From the sequence record PV636258.1: a stretch of 64,000 bases of DNA. One strand, 5' to 3'. This document shows, one piece after another, positions 27,922-37,776 of this stretch (positions are counted from its first letter, which is position 1; every line of letters begins with the position of its first letter). This DNA is from a phage. The position numbers and the translations under genes are program-made. The notes under the pieces are model-generated. The model had not been told where the DNA came from and ran no database searches. It worked only from the letters and a program-made list of their open reading frames with translations.

Positions 27922-29547
27922 ATGGGTTTCAATATGTTAGACAACTTGCGTTGGTTTTACGGGCGCGTTGAAGACGTGAATGATCCCGATCAAAACGGGC
28001 GCGTCGCAGTACGCATCTATGGGGTGCACACGGAGGATACCACTCTCCTGCCTACAGAATTATTGCCTTGGGGTAAAATGCTTATGCCAGCATCTAACGC
28101 ATCCTCGGCAGGTTTAGGCTGGTCTCCGACGGGTATCACTGTCGGCTCTGACGTTATGGGGTTTGCTTTGGATGAAGCATATCAGAACATCCGTATTGCA
28201 TGGGTATGGCCAGCAGCAACACCAACAGATGGGTCAGATACAAACCCATTGGCGCTGGGCCAGGTCGTTCAATCTATAGAAAGGCAGAAGTATAATGCCG
28301 TCGAGAATGTTCCTGTTAAGATTGAGGATGAACCACAACCGGATCCACAACCACCAGTAGACGGTTATGATCCTGAGAAGTGGATGACCGTGGCTCGTGG
28401 GGAATTGGGCGTCAAAGAATATTCTGGTAAGTTCAATAACAACCCAAGGATATTGGAATATCATAAGACAACTTCCCTGGGGGCTTCAGAAGATGAAGTT
28501 AGTTGGTGTGCGTCGTTTGTTGGATGGGTTCTGATACAGGCCGGATATACATCAACACGTTCTGCTTTGGCTCGCTCATATCTACAATGGGGGTCTCCTC
28601 TGTCAGAACCACGTTACGGCGCTGTTGTAGTGTTCCGGCGCGGGAACAACCCGACATTCGGTCACGTTGCATTCGTTCAGAAATTTGACGCCAACTACGT
28701 TTGGTGTATCGGGGGAAACCAATCCGATTCTGTGAAGGTGAGCCGTTTTAGCCGCTCATCCGTGTTGGGTTATCGTTGGCCAGGTCCAGCAACTACAGCT
28801 TCAGCAGCTCCGGCACAACAAAACGGTAAATGGTCTGAACCTATTCCAGATCGTACCCCGAAAGTCCAAGAAACACCGCCTCCTTCTGGTCGTGTTCAGG
28901 ATATTGACAACACAGGAGAGGTATCGGTTCCTTCGGCTGGGGGGTCTCGTTATCCATACAACAATGTTATGGCTTCTCGCGCTGGGCATATTATGGAGGT
29001 CGATGACACTCCAGGCGGGGAACGTTTGCATTGGATGCACTCTTCTGGGTCTTATAAGCAAATGCTTCCTGACGGTGATGTTGTTAATAAATCAGTCAAA
29101 GATCATTATGACCTAACGATGTTCGACAAACGTTATTATGTGGGGCGCGATCATAACCTGACTATCGGCGGGACTGAAGTACAGCGTAAGACAGGAGAAG
29201 TTTACCACTTGCACTCTTCTAACTATTCCAATGTGGTCGCTGGAACAGCGTTGATGAAATTTTCCCAATTGGCTGAGATACAGGCACAGAACGTGTTGCG
29301 TCTCATCTGTGAAATGTTTGAAGTGTCTAACACTTTGAAGGTTCCTAAGATACTGGCAACTGAAATAATTTGCGATAAATTATCGGTCGCACAGACTATT
29401 GAAGGCAACATCAAATATGCTGAAGGCGCTGGTCGCGCCGCCTCACGTGCGGGGGCAACTCCTGTAACAACTACAGGCCCAGGTCCAATTGATATAAAAC
29501 CGGAGTTAGAGGATAACGGTGGCAATTTTGGTGGTAAAGGCGCATGA
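27922..29547 (+). CDS. 5: Baseplate central spike/hub protein, gp5-like, with CHAP/NlpC-P60-type cell-wall hydrolase domain
   Basis: N-terminus LRWFYGRVEDVNDP..GRVAVRIYGVHTEDTTLLPTELLPWG parallels the T4 gp5 OB domain; middle domain has Cys in SWCASFVGW and His in GHVAFV. Confidence 0.7.
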   Translation: MGFNMLDNLRWFYGRVEDVNDPDQNGRVAVRIYGVHTEDTTLLPTELLPWGKMLMPASNASSAGLGWSPTGITVGSDVMGFALDEAYQNIRIAWVWPAATPTDGSDTNPLALGQVVQSIERQKYNAVENVPVKIEDEPQPDPQPPVDGYDPEKWMTVARGELGVKEYSGKFNNNPRILEYHKTTSLGASEDEVSWCASFVGWVLIQAGYTSTRSALARSYLQWGSPLSEPRYGAVVVFRRGNNPTFGHVAFVQKFDANYVWCIGGNQSDSVKVSRFSRSSVLGYRWPGPATTASAAPAQQNGKWSEPIPDRTPKVQETPPPSGRVQDIDNTGEVSVPSAGGSRYPYNNVMASRAGHIMEVDDTPGGERLHWMHSSGSYKQMLPDGDVVNKSVKDHYDLTMFDKRYYVGRDHNLTIGGTEVQRKTGEVYHLHSSNYSNVVAGTALMKFSQLAEIQAQNVLRLICEMFEVSNTLKVPKILATEIICDKLSVAQTIEGNIKYAEGAGRAASRAGATPVTTTGPGPIDIKPELEDNGGNFGGKGA

Positions 29548-29611
29548 TTACACTGGTGAGGGCAGATAATGCCCTCTCGTGCTGGAGAGGCAATATCCAA
29601 AGGGGTTTAAC

Positions 29612-29992
29612 ATGAAAGAGTACAAGGACATTGACCTGAAGTTTGGCATGCATCCGGTCACCAAAGATGTCACTAAGAAAACAGGCATTTATGCTGTACT
29701 ACAATCTGTGCGAAATATCGTGATGTCGACGGTAGGTGATTGGCCGACATATCCGAGTATTGGGGCAGGGTTGTATACCATGTTGGGGGAAAACACAAAT
29801 CCCACGATACAGGTCGACGTGAAGAACAAAGTTGAAGATGCCATTGCTCTTTTTGAGCCAAGAGCTGAATTGCAATCTGTTGATGTATCATTGTCGGACG
29901 ATTATCATTCTCTGGGCGTAACCATCACGTTCTATGTGGTCAACAACCCAGAGCCGATAACAGACACCATATGGTTAAAACGCACAAACTGA
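29612..29992 (+). CDS. 25: Baseplate wedge protein, gp25-like (GPW/gp25 family)
   Basis: 126 aa from the ATG at 29612 (track start 29579 is GTG); size and position next to the gp5-like gene; AAAGGGG SD. Confidence 0.55.
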   Translation: MKEYKDIDLKFGMHPVTKDVTKKTGIYAVLQSVRNIVMSTVGDWPTYPSIGAGLYTMLGENTNPTIQVDVKNKVEDAIALFEPRAELQSVDVSLSDDYHSLGVTITFYVVNNPEPITDTIWLKRTN

Positions 29993-30331
29993 TTAAGGTG
30001 CGTTGGTATTGGAGCGGTTGGTAATTATTTCAAAATGCGTCAGTAAACGGTACAGTAATTTCCCACCTATTCTATGGACTATGGTGGTTGACTTTAGGTT
30101 AACCACCACACCATCTAGTCTCCCCGTCAACACAAATGTTAAACGAATGCGAAGGATATCACTGCCTTCAGAACGCATTATTTGACAGTCATGGATGTAC
30201 CCTATTTCTTTCCCTTTGAGGACAAGAGGAACATGTGCGCTTTCCTTTAACAGGGTATCTAAATTTTCAAATAAAGGTTCTTCTTTGTTATTGACGGAAT
30301 ACACCGTCTCTAATATCGGGAATTTATACAT
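29993..30331 (-). CDS. Hypothetical protein
   Basis: 112-aa ORF, ATG start. Confidence 0.4.
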   Translation of the reverse strand: MYKFPILETVYSVNNKEEPLFENLDTLLKESAHVPLVLKGKEIGYIHDCQIMRSEGSDILRIRLTFVLTGRLDGVVVNLKSTTIVHRIGGKLLYRLLTHFEIITNRSNTNAP

Positions 30332-30332
30332 A

Positions 30333-30794
30333 TCATGGCACCAACGTAATCACAATCATGTTGAGTACCGTATCAACCGCGACACCAGAATCTTCTTCAT
30401 GGATAGTTGATGCACGTAAATGAATGTCAGAAATATAATTGTCTATATGCATCGATGTCAAATAAGGGCGGTGCTGATACACAGGACGGTTGACCTGAAC
30501 ATATTCACGCAGAATGCTAAATGAAAAGTCTTCACATTGAGTGGTGTCAATGCGCAAAAATCTTTGAGCATGGCAGGTCTTTAACTCGGTCACTTTCCCC
30601 AAATAATGGAGGTCTCCGGATGAACCGATACGGAACATCACGTCTACTTCAGATTTGAAAATTTCGCGTTCAATAAGGGTCGCTGGTGCCCAACAAACTT
30701 CTTCCTTGTCTTCTGGGAATAACGTATCGATCACTTCAGGCAATTGGATGTAACCGAAGTTGTGACGAGGGTTGGTCAGTAATTTGTTAGACAT
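30333..30794 (-). CDS. Hypothetical protein
   Basis: 153-aa ORF, ATG start. Confidence 0.4.
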   Translation of the reverse strand: MSNKLLTNPRHNFGYIQLPEVIDTLFPEDKEEVCWAPATLIEREIFKSEVDVMFRIGSSGDLHYLGKVTELKTCHAQRFLRIDTTQCEDFSFSILREYVQVNRPVYQHRPYLTSMHIDNYISDIHLRASTIHEEDSGVAVDTVLNMIVITLVP

Positions 30795-31029
30795 TTTGTG
30801 CCCCTATTACGTGCTCCGAGGCTTGTTCATAAGCTGTACGGAGTTCAAGATAAGAATCGGCTAACAGAGGAGATTTTTCATTGCTTCGGTTCATGATTAT
30901 TTGGTGGTTAACGACAGCACGGCGTAATCTGAGTTCTGCCACCCAGAATGCTTTTTGTTTGGCGTGTCCTGGACGGGCGCGTAGGTCGTGATAATGCATA
31001 GAAGCATGATATATTTCAGAGTTGGTCAT
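30787..31029 (-). CDS. Hypothetical protein
   Basis: 80-aa ORF, ATG start, downstream of early promoter. Confidence 0.35.
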   Translation of the reverse strand: MTNSEIYHASMHYHDLRARPGHAKQKAFWVAELRLRRAVVNHQIIMNRSNEKSPLLADSYLELRTAYEQASEHVIGAQNV

Positions 31030-31079
31030 GATGTAGTACCCGCTTTCAATTTGTGGCGTTGGCCAATGAATTACTGGGA

Positions 31080-31108
31080 AGTATAAGCGCAGGATTTATA
31101 GAAGTAAA
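31080..31108 (-). promoter_or_regulatory. Sigma70-like early promoter (minus: TTTACT-N17-TATACT)
   Basis: -35 overlaps the 3' arm/T-tract of the preceding hairpin. Confidence 0.4.
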
Positions 31109-31125
31109 GCCCCTCGATGAGGGGC
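31109..31125 (-). terminator. Stem-loop (GCCCCTC/GAGGGGC)
   Basis: 7-bp inverted repeat read directly. Confidence 0.45.
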
Positions 31126-31133
31126 TGGTCGGG

Positions 31134-31520
31134 TTACTTGATGAAGAGTACCAGAGGCAGGTTTGTGCCCTTGTCTACCACGTACAGAGCGTCATCGCCC
31201 TTCTTGAACATCAGCTGGTCGTTCTCGTACATCAGCTGAGCTTTACGGGCGTCGTTTTGGAAATCTTGGTACAGTTCTGGTTCTTCAGATAACAGTTCCG
31301 GGTCGATCAGGTGCACTTCTTTAGATCGCAACTCTTCCTTGGTCAGCGCCGCCCCGTTACGCAGGGCATCACGCAGGGCACGCAGGATAGAGCGCGGGTA
31401 TCTCTCCCCGTGGACGTTAAACGCAAAGGGGACTTGTTTAAGGAACGCTCTGGACTTCGCCAGGCCTTGGATAGGGAAAGAGATGGTGGCTTCTAATACG
31501 GCTGGTGTGTTCAGATACAT
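31134..31520 (-). CDS. Hypothetical protein
   Basis: 128-aa ORF, ATG start. Confidence 0.4.
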   Translation of the reverse strand: MYLNTPAVLEATISFPIQGLAKSRAFLKQVPFAFNVHGERYPRSILRALRDALRNGAALTKEELRSKEVHLIDPELLSEEPELYQDFQNDARKAQLMYENDQLMFKKGDDALYVVDKGTNLPLVLFIK

Positions 31521-31568
31521 GATATAGTCCTTCTGGTCAAATGTGGCGTTGTTGCCGTGACCTAGAAT

Positions 31569-31596
31569 ACTATAAACCAGGTTTTTGAAAAGTAAA
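31569..31596 (-). promoter_or_regulatory. Sigma70-like early promoter (minus: TTTACT-N16-TATAGT)
   Basis: Immediately follows the hairpin. Confidence 0.4.
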
Positions 31597-31613
31597 GCCC
31601 CTGGGTTAGGGGC
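31595..31613 (-). terminator. Stem-loop (AGCCCCT/AGGGGCT)
   Basis: 7-bp inverted repeat read directly. Confidence 0.45.
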
Positions 31614-31622
31614 TTTGAAAGA

Positions 31623-31847
31623 TCAGCGTTTCAAACTTGCGGCGAGTCCAGTAACGTCGGTCACGGTTTGGTCAGCCAGAACAATCACGGGCATAGACAT
31701 GCGTTGCTTACCAGTGATTTTCTGTAATTCTTCCAGCTTGTAGTCTTTGTCTAGCTTCAGAATTTGGTGTTCAATACCGCGAATGCGACAGATGTTTTCA
31801 GCTTGTAAACATTGCGCACAACCTTGTTTGGAATAAATCGTAATCAT
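31623..31847 (-). CDS. nrdC: Glutaredoxin/thioredoxin-like protein (NrdC/NrdH-like)
   Basis: 74 aa; N-terminal MITIYSKQGCAQC with CxxC active-site motif; adjacent to nrdB. Confidence 0.6.
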   Translation of the reverse strand: MITIYSKQGCAQCLQAENICRIRGIEHQILKLDKDYKLEELQKITGKQRMSMPVIVLADQTVTDVTGLAASLKR

Positions 31848-31856
31848 TTCTCACCT

Positions 31857-32960
31857 TTAGGCAAATTTCAGACCGTCGGAGACTGATCCAGTAAGGACAC
31901 CAGTCAGATAATCAGGGGCTTCCGCTTCCTGTAATGCATATTGCATTGTTTTATTATCTAGCCACTCATTTATCCATGGCACCGGATTGTCTTTACGGGC
32001 TTGTCCTGGATATGGGTGGCCAATAGCTCCCATACGGTGTGTTGCCAACCAGTCCACCATTTGATGAAGGATATTTGCATTCAGTCCCAGCATTGAGCCG
32101 TCTTTGAACAGATAATTCGCCCATTCTTTTTCTTGGTTGACAACGTCGACATACACCTGGGTCATTTCGCCGCGCAGTTCTTCTCTAATAATGGCAAAAT
32201 CAGGGTCCATCAGTGGCAGACGGTTCAGGAAAGTCTGGGTCAGGATGAGGTGATCTTGCTCATCACGAGCAATCTGGCGGATGATTTTAGCGTTGCCTTC
32301 CATTTTGTTGAGGAATTGCATGAAAGCCCAAGAACACGCGAATGAAACATAGAAACGAACGCCTTCGAGGGAGTTAGCAGCAAACAGAGCACGCCAGAAT
32401 GCACGCTTGGCGTTCATGATGTCTTCACGGGTGAACGCGCGTCCAGCCATACGCATCCCGCTGTAACGCACCATGTCGTCGTAGTATACGCTGATCTGTC
32501 CGGCGCAATCGACGATCTCCTGAACGTCCAGAACATGGTCAAAAACGATACCAGGATCATTCACTGTGTTACGAAGGATATGCGTGTAAGATAGTGAGTG
32601 GATGGCTTCTTGGCGCGTCCACTCCAGAATAGCAAATTGCGCTTCTGGTGTTGATGCCCATGGGCCAAACGCTTCGAACGGAGCAGCGCCCTGAATAGAG
32701 TCCAGCATGGTTTGGCGTTTCAGGTTGCTGAAGTAGATGTGTTGTTCCGCAGCGGATAGAGTGGCAAAGTCCGCTTTGTCTTTGGTGACATCCACTTCTT
32801 CCGGACGCCAGAATTGGCTGAGGCCTTTTTCATACCATTTTTGAACAAAAGGCCAAGCCACTTTGTCATAACGCTGGATACTTACAGGGTCGCCAAAGAA
32901 CGGCAAACCTGTATTATCTGAAGATGGGTCAAATACTGAAAATTGCTTTTGTTCGTTCAT
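31857..32960 (-). CDS. nrdB: Ribonucleotide reductase class Ia small subunit NrdB
   Basis: 367 aa; iron-ligand E..H block (EAIHSLSYTH) and ferritin-like architecture. Confidence 0.85.
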   Translation of the reverse strand: MNEQKQFSVFDPSSDNTGLPFFGDPVSIQRYDKVAWPFVQKWYEKGLSQFWRPEEVDVTKDKADFATLSAAEQHIYFSNLKRQTMLDSIQGAAPFEAFGPWASTPEAQFAILEWTRQEAIHSLSYTHILRNTVNDPGIVFDHVLDVQEIVDCAGQISVYYDDMVRYSGMRMAGRAFTREDIMNAKRAFWRALFAANSLEGVRFYVSFACSWAFMQFLNKMEGNAKIIRQIARDEQDHLILTQTFLNRLPLMDPDFAIIREELRGEMTQVYVDVVNQEKEWANYLFKDGSMLGLNANILHQMVDWLATHRMGAIGHPYPGQARKDNPVPWINEWLDNKTMQYALQEAEAPDYLTGVLTGSVSDGLKFA

Positions 32961-32980
32961 GTTTATTTCCTGATGAATAA

Positions 32981-32998
32981 GGGGTGACGAATCACCCC
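32981..32998 (-). terminator. Intercistronic stem-loop between nrdA and nrdB (possible attenuator)
   Basis: GGGGTGA-CGAA-TCACCCC; 7-bp perfect stem, followed by AGGAAA SD for nrdB. Confidence 0.35.
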
Positions 32999-33030
32999 TG
33001 ATATTAAACGATTGTGTGGTATAGACCTAA

Positions 33031-35307
33031 TCAAACAACACAGGTGTCACAAATTTCTTCAACTTGTTTCAGCTCCTCGTCTTCCTTGGAGTCTTTGTTG
33101 GTGTTGTAATACAGAGTTTTACCACCCCACATGTAGAAAGACAGAATATCCTGCATCATAAGAGAGCGCGGGATCTTGCCTTCTGGATATTTCTCTGGGT
33201 CATACCATGTGTTGGTGCTGATGGATTGATCTACCCAACGTTGTATGACCGCCGCCGTCTTCAGGTATTCAATACAATCCAGATTCCATTTCAGGTCATA
33301 TAGAGGACCAAGGGTTTCTACATCCGGAACGATCTGTTTATAGACGCCGTCCTTGCTGCCTTTGATGCTGATGAGACCTTTTGGTGGCTCTATACCGTTC
33401 GTTGCGTTCAGCACCTGAGAGGAGCTTTCAGTTGGTGCTACGGCTAACAACGTGGCGTTACGGATCCCATACTCGGATAGGTTCTGCTTCAGACCTTCCC
33501 AGTCAAGACCATAGGCTTGCCCAACAGGCTTTTTGCCATTGGGTAGGATGTCCAGCGGGAGAGGCTGAAGGTCGGCTGTTACAAATCCGGAATCATGGAT
33601 AGTTGACTTCTTACAAGATCCGAAACGCATGGCCAGACGGTTGGACGCTTTGACCAAGTAGAAATGAAGATGCGCCATCCACTTGTCTAGAAGTTCTAAT
33701 CCGATAGGCGATCCATAACCCGTGAAATTCTTGGCCAGGAAATGTGCGACGTTGACGATACCGATACCCAGAGGACGATATTCTTCTACGGCCAAACGGG
33801 CTTGGCGAGCTGGATAGTCCTGATATTCCAACAACATATCCAAAGCTGAAACCAGAACGAAAGCAACATCTTCCATTTCTGTTGGATCTTCAAATGCCGT
33901 CAGGTTAAATGATGCGAGTGTACATAGGGCAATGCGACCATCTTCATCATCATACTGTTGGAACTCACGAGTCGGGAGCGCGATTTCTAAACATAGATTA
34001 GAGCTATAAATCGTGTCCAAATTGAACGGACTATACTCGTTCATGTGATCAACGAATGCGATGTAGATCCGGCCAGTGTCAGAACGCTGGTCTAGTAGCA
34101 TTTGGAACACTTCTTCAGCTTGCAGCTTTTTGGAACGACATAATCCGGCGTCGGCGGCCTTGATCATATTGTCGTACATTTCGCGGAATTTATTGACGTC
34201 TGCGAAAAATGCTTCATACATTTCGCGGTTGTCTTTTGGATCAAACAGGTATAGAGGCTGTTTGTTCACCAGGCGCTCGAACATGACGCGGTTAATCTGA
34301 ATCCCATAGTCGATACGGCGTTCACGGTTCTCTTCCAATCCACGGTTGTTTTTGAGAACAACGACATCATCAAATTGATAATGCCAGATGGGAACATAGC
34401 ATGTTGCCGATCCACCACGGATACCGCCTTGAGAGCAAGACTTCAGGGCACCAGTCAAATACTTGATGAATGGAACCAGACCTGTATGGACCATTTCCCC
34501 TTTACGGATAGGGCTACCGATGCCACGAATTGCCCCAACATCGAATCCGATGCCAGCACGTTTGGAAACATAATCCACGATGCTTTTCGCAGTGGCATTA
34601 ATTGAGTCCAATGTATCACCAGTTTTGATCAATACACAAGAGCTGAACTGTCGGGTCGGGGTGCGGACGCCGGACATAATAGGTGTTGGAAGACTGAATT
34701 TGCCTGTACTGGCGTATTCATAGAACTTCTTCACCATTGTCAGTCTGCTTTCTTTATCCCACGCTGAGAATAATGCCATAGCGATTGCCATGTACATGAC
34801 TTGAGGGGTTTCATAATACACTTTGCTGTCAGAAGAACGATCACGCAAAAGATATTTTTGAGTCAGCTGGCCCATTGCTGCCCAAGTGAAATTCTTGTCG
34901 CGTTTGTGGTTGATGACTGTGTTAAGTTCTTCGAATTCTTCTTTAGAGTAAAGTTCGAGGAATTCGCGGTCATAAACACCCAGCTTGGTGTTCTTTGCAA
35001 AGATATCCAGCAAATGAGGTGGCTTGTATTGACCATAGACAACCTTTCGCAGGTCATACGACTTCAGGCGGGCAGCAACATATTGATAATTGGGTTTATC
35101 AACAGAAATTAAGGTGGCCGCAGCTTGGATAATGATATCCTGAATGCGTTCGGTTTTCATGTTATCGGTGAATTGAATCTTCGATGCAGCTTCCACCTCA
35201 GACACCGATACTCCTTCAAGGCCGTCACATGCTCGTTCAATAACGGTATGGAGTTTTTCAATGTCAAAGGGGACAGAAGATCCGTCCCGCTTTATGATGT
35301 TAATCAT
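33031..35307 (-). CDS. nrdA: Ribonucleotide reductase class Ia large subunit NrdA
   Basis: From the ATG at 35307 (GAGGA SD) the N-terminus is MINIIKRDGSSVPFD (ATP-cone); NLCLEIALPT active-site block; C-terminal Cys pair. Confidence 0.85.
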   Translation of the reverse strand: MINIIKRDGSSVPFDIEKLHTVIERACDGLEGVSVSEVEAASKIQFTDNMKTERIQDIIIQAAATLISVDKPNYQYVAARLKSYDLRKVVYGQYKPPHLLDIFAKNTKLGVYDREFLELYSKEEFEELNTVINHKRDKNFTWAAMGQLTQKYLLRDRSSDSKVYYETPQVMYMAIAMALFSAWDKESRLTMVKKFYEYASTGKFSLPTPIMSGVRTPTRQFSSCVLIKTGDTLDSINATAKSIVDYVSKRAGIGFDVGAIRGIGSPIRKGEMVHTGLVPFIKYLTGALKSCSQGGIRGGSATCYVPIWHYQFDDVVVLKNNRGLEENRERRIDYGIQINRVMFERLVNKQPLYLFDPKDNREMYEAFFADVNKFREMYDNMIKAADAGLCRSKKLQAEEVFQMLLDQRSDTGRIYIAFVDHMNEYSPFNLDTIYSSNLCLEIALPTREFQQYDDEDGRIALCTLASFNLTAFEDPTEMEDVAFVLVSALDMLLEYQDYPARQARLAVEEYRPLGIGIVNVAHFLAKNFTGYGSPIGLELLDKWMAHLHFYLVKASNRLAMRFGSCKKSTIHDSGFVTADLQPLPLDILPNGKKPVGQAYGLDWEGLKQNLSEYGIRNATLLAVAPTESSSQVLNATNGIEPPKGLISIKGSKDGVYKQIVPDVETLGPLYDLKWNLDCIEYLKTAAVIQRWVDQSISTNTWYDPEKYPEGKIPRSLMMQDILSFYMWGGKTLYYNTNKDSKEDEELKQVEEICDTCVV

Positions 35308-35391
35308 AGCGATCCTCGGTTTGTGTTTATGCAGGCTGTTATTATACACCGCCTCCATGGATTGAAGGCGGCGGGGAAGTTCGTGTGGTAT

Positions 35392-36231
35392 TTAAATGTT
35401 GTACAGGTCGTTAATTTCTAACATCAGGCGGGTGAAGTTGCCGCGACCATTACGATCAGACTTATCGAATTCGATGATGCTGAATGGTTGAACCCACTCT
35501 GGATATTCATCTCCGATTTCTACACCGTCAATTTGCAAGGAACCTGTTTCCAGCTTATTGTTGAAGTCTTTAAAGGAATCCACATACGTCTGTAACGCAC
35601 TGTCACGCAGTCGCTTGTTAGACTGTTTGATATCTCCATTCACGAAGATGTACGAAGAATCTGAAGCACGAGTCAACAAGTTTTTCAGCTGCTCCATATC
35701 ACATTCCTGTGCTTCTTCAATAATCAGGAAACAATCATCGAAAGTCATCCCCTTTACAGTTTCAAGGTCTTGAATTTCTATGATGCGTTTCTCCCACAGA
35801 TAGTTGAAGAAACCGTCGGAACCCGTATCTGTTTTGAGAACCTTTTTAAATGTCTGTATGAGCGGCATCAAATAAGGCATCAGCTTTTCATATGTGTCAC
35901 CAGGCCGGAACCCTGCTGTGGTACCAGTTGGAAGGGGAGAACGTGTGATGATGATCTTGTTGATTGTTTTGTCTATCAGATGTTTTGCTGCAGCAGATGC
36001 ACCGCAATAGGATTTGCCTGTACCTGCCGGACCGATTGCGATAGTGAGGTGTTCGTTTAATGCGGATTGATATGCGAGGTTCTGATTTTCTGAGAGGCCA
36101 TTGAACGGAGCAATTTTGAAATCACCTTTAGAAAATTTCATCCAGTCTTCTTCTTTCTGGATGGTGTCTTTCTTACGAGCAGATTTTGTCTTCGCTGGCT
36201 TCATGGATACAACTTTAGACGCAGATTGCAT
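35392..36231 (-). CDS. phoH: PhoH-like ATPase
   Basis: Walker A GPAGTGKS in PhoH-like context; ATG at 36231 with GGAAGG SD (track start is GTG). Confidence 0.7.
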   Translation of the reverse strand: MQSASKVVSMKPAKTKSARKKDTIQKEEDWMKFSKGDFKIAPFNGLSENQNLAYQSALNEHLTIAIGPAGTGKSYCGASAAAKHLIDKTINKIIITRSPLPTGTTAGFRPGDTYEKLMPYLMPLIQTFKKVLKTDTGSDGFFNYLWEKRIIEIQDLETVKGMTFDDCFLIIEEAQECDMEQLKNLLTRASDSSYIFVNGDIKQSNKRLRDSALQTYVDSFKDFNNKLETGSLQIDGVEIGDEYPEWVQPFSIIEFDKSDRNGRGNFTRLMLEINDLYNI

Positions 36232-36338
36232 GTTGAACCTTCCTATATCTACAGGGGTTGTCGACACCTTTAATTAAGCGACACGCCCAGCATACCTGTA
36301 TATCAGATAAAGAAAAAGGCCGTTTCCGGCCTTGAGAA

Positions 36339-37133
36339 TTAGCAGAAACTCTTGTATGCTGCCGCCAGTTTAGTATCATACTGGTTTTTCGCATATGCCG
36401 GACCATTGTACCGACGAGCAAACTCGGCCCAATTCTTGTTCTTCAGGGCTTTCCACATATTGGCATCTGCCTTGATGAACTTGACAAATGCCAGAAGGTG
36501 AGCGCGTTCACCAGTCAGGAAATCAGTGAACATCTCTTTGGCATTTGAATAGCCACAGATTTGGCAGTTGAACCCCATGATCTGGAATAGGCCGTAGGAA
36601 GCACTCTCGTAAGCGCAGTCCTCGTCAAGGGCGATTGCACCCTGAAGGCGTTCCAACTCCGCGTCTCCGCCGATATACCCGCCAGAATTGGGGTTAACCA
36701 ATGTTGGATAGAGTTGGTACAGAGCATTGGCTCTTGCTTGCCCGAATTTGGCCGTCACCTTTTTGTACATGATGTGGCGCTCAAACAGAGTTTTGATCTT
36801 GCCAGTTTTGGTAAAACCCGTGCCACGGGATTCTACCTGATTCACAGCTTTCATACTGGCCAGCTCAACACCAAGTTCACGTGCTGCGTCAACCAAGTCC
36901 GCTTCGGTCAGATGTTCCTGGTGAGCGTCTCCAGCGTTTCGGATAGCATAGAAGGTCTTTGGCCCAGCAATACCATCAATAACCAATCCAGCACCTGCCT
37001 GAACGGATTTGACAGCATTCTCTGTTGCCTTACCAAATATGCCATCGGCTGTAAGAGAGAAACCGATTTTGTTGAGGCTTTGTTGAAGTGCTTTGACTTC
37101 AGAACCTCGGTTGCCAAGTTTTAGAATGGCCAT
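36339..37133 (-). CDS. Endolysin: N-terminal peptidoglycan-binding domain plus C-terminal muramidase-like domain
   Basis: N-terminus MAILKLGNRGSEVKALQQSLNKIGF (PG_binding_1-like repeat); C-terminal YGLFQIMGFN block; GGAGG SD before the ATG at 37133. Confidence 0.65.
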   Translation of the reverse strand: MAILKLGNRGSEVKALQQSLNKIGFSLTADGIFGKATENAVKSVQAGAGLVIDGIAGPKTFYAIRNAGDAHQEHLTEADLVDAARELGVELASMKAVNQVESRGTGFTKTGKIKTLFERHIMYKKVTAKFGQARANALYQLYPTLVNPNSGGYIGGDAELERLQGAIALDEDCAYESASYGLFQIMGFNCQICGYSNAKEMFTDFLTGERAHLLAFVKFIKADANMWKALKNKNWAEFARRYNGPAYAKNQYDTKLAAAYKSFC

Positions 37134-37200
37134 AAGAAAATACCTCCGCAATGTATGCGAAGGTATTTAAAGTGAAAGTCGAACTTGAGGAACTGCTGGG

Positions 37201-37536
37201 TCACATCTGAGGCAACAAGGCCGCTATTTTCTCGACCTTTTGGCGTAGATGGATATACGCTTCTGAAGCCGATATGCCACGTCCTTCTAATGAATCCCGC
37301 CCGATGATTTTCACCGACCAGAGTTTCTCATACTGGTGGTAAGTCATCAAAAAAGATCCACGACACATTTTGATGTCTGCGTCCTCTATGTTTCTGAGTA
37401 CTTTCCAGTCCGCCTGGCCCAAAGAAATTCTGAGTTCATACAGAGCGAGCCTTGACAATTCCAAGTTGCTCTTAGGACTTCCTTCTGGGAAGCCTGACTC
37501 GGTTATGACCAAAGCCTCTTGTTTTGTCGGTTTCAT
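37201..37536 (-). CDS. Hypothetical protein
   Basis: 111-aa ORF, ATG start. Confidence 0.4.
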   Translation of the reverse strand: MKPTKQEALVITESGFPEGSPKSNLELSRLALYELRISLGQADWKVLRNIEDADIKMCRGSFLMTYHQYEKLWSVKIIGRDSLEGRGISASEAYIHLRQKVEKIAALLPQM

Positions 37537-37721
37537 CTTGATACCACCACTGGCATGATTTCGCTGAAGGACGTACGAACTTCGGTGTCGTACCCGTATT
37601 TTTCAAATATTTTCAACATTGCTTGTTCCAGTTCCTCTTGGAACTGAGGAAAGTGCGCGTTGGGAATTCGGTCGGCAACCCATAGAGCGCCAGGAGAGGC
37701 TTGGATAATTGCTCTACTCAT
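37533..37721 (-). CDS. Hypothetical protein
   Basis: 62-aa ORF, translationally coupled. Confidence 0.35.
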   Translation of the reverse strand: MSRAIIQASPGALWVADRIPNAHFPQFQEELEQAMLKIFEKYGYDTEVRTSFSEIMPVVVSR

Positions 37722-37776
37722 GTCTCATTCTCCTACCAAAACTTTGAAAAAGAGGGGAGAAACCTCCCCCTTGCGG

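Noticed and set aside
31857-35307. Group I intron or homing endonuclease inserted in nrdA/nrdB, as seen in T4
   Set aside because: Both reading frames are continuous and of normal length; no intervening non-coding block or endonuclease ORF is present.
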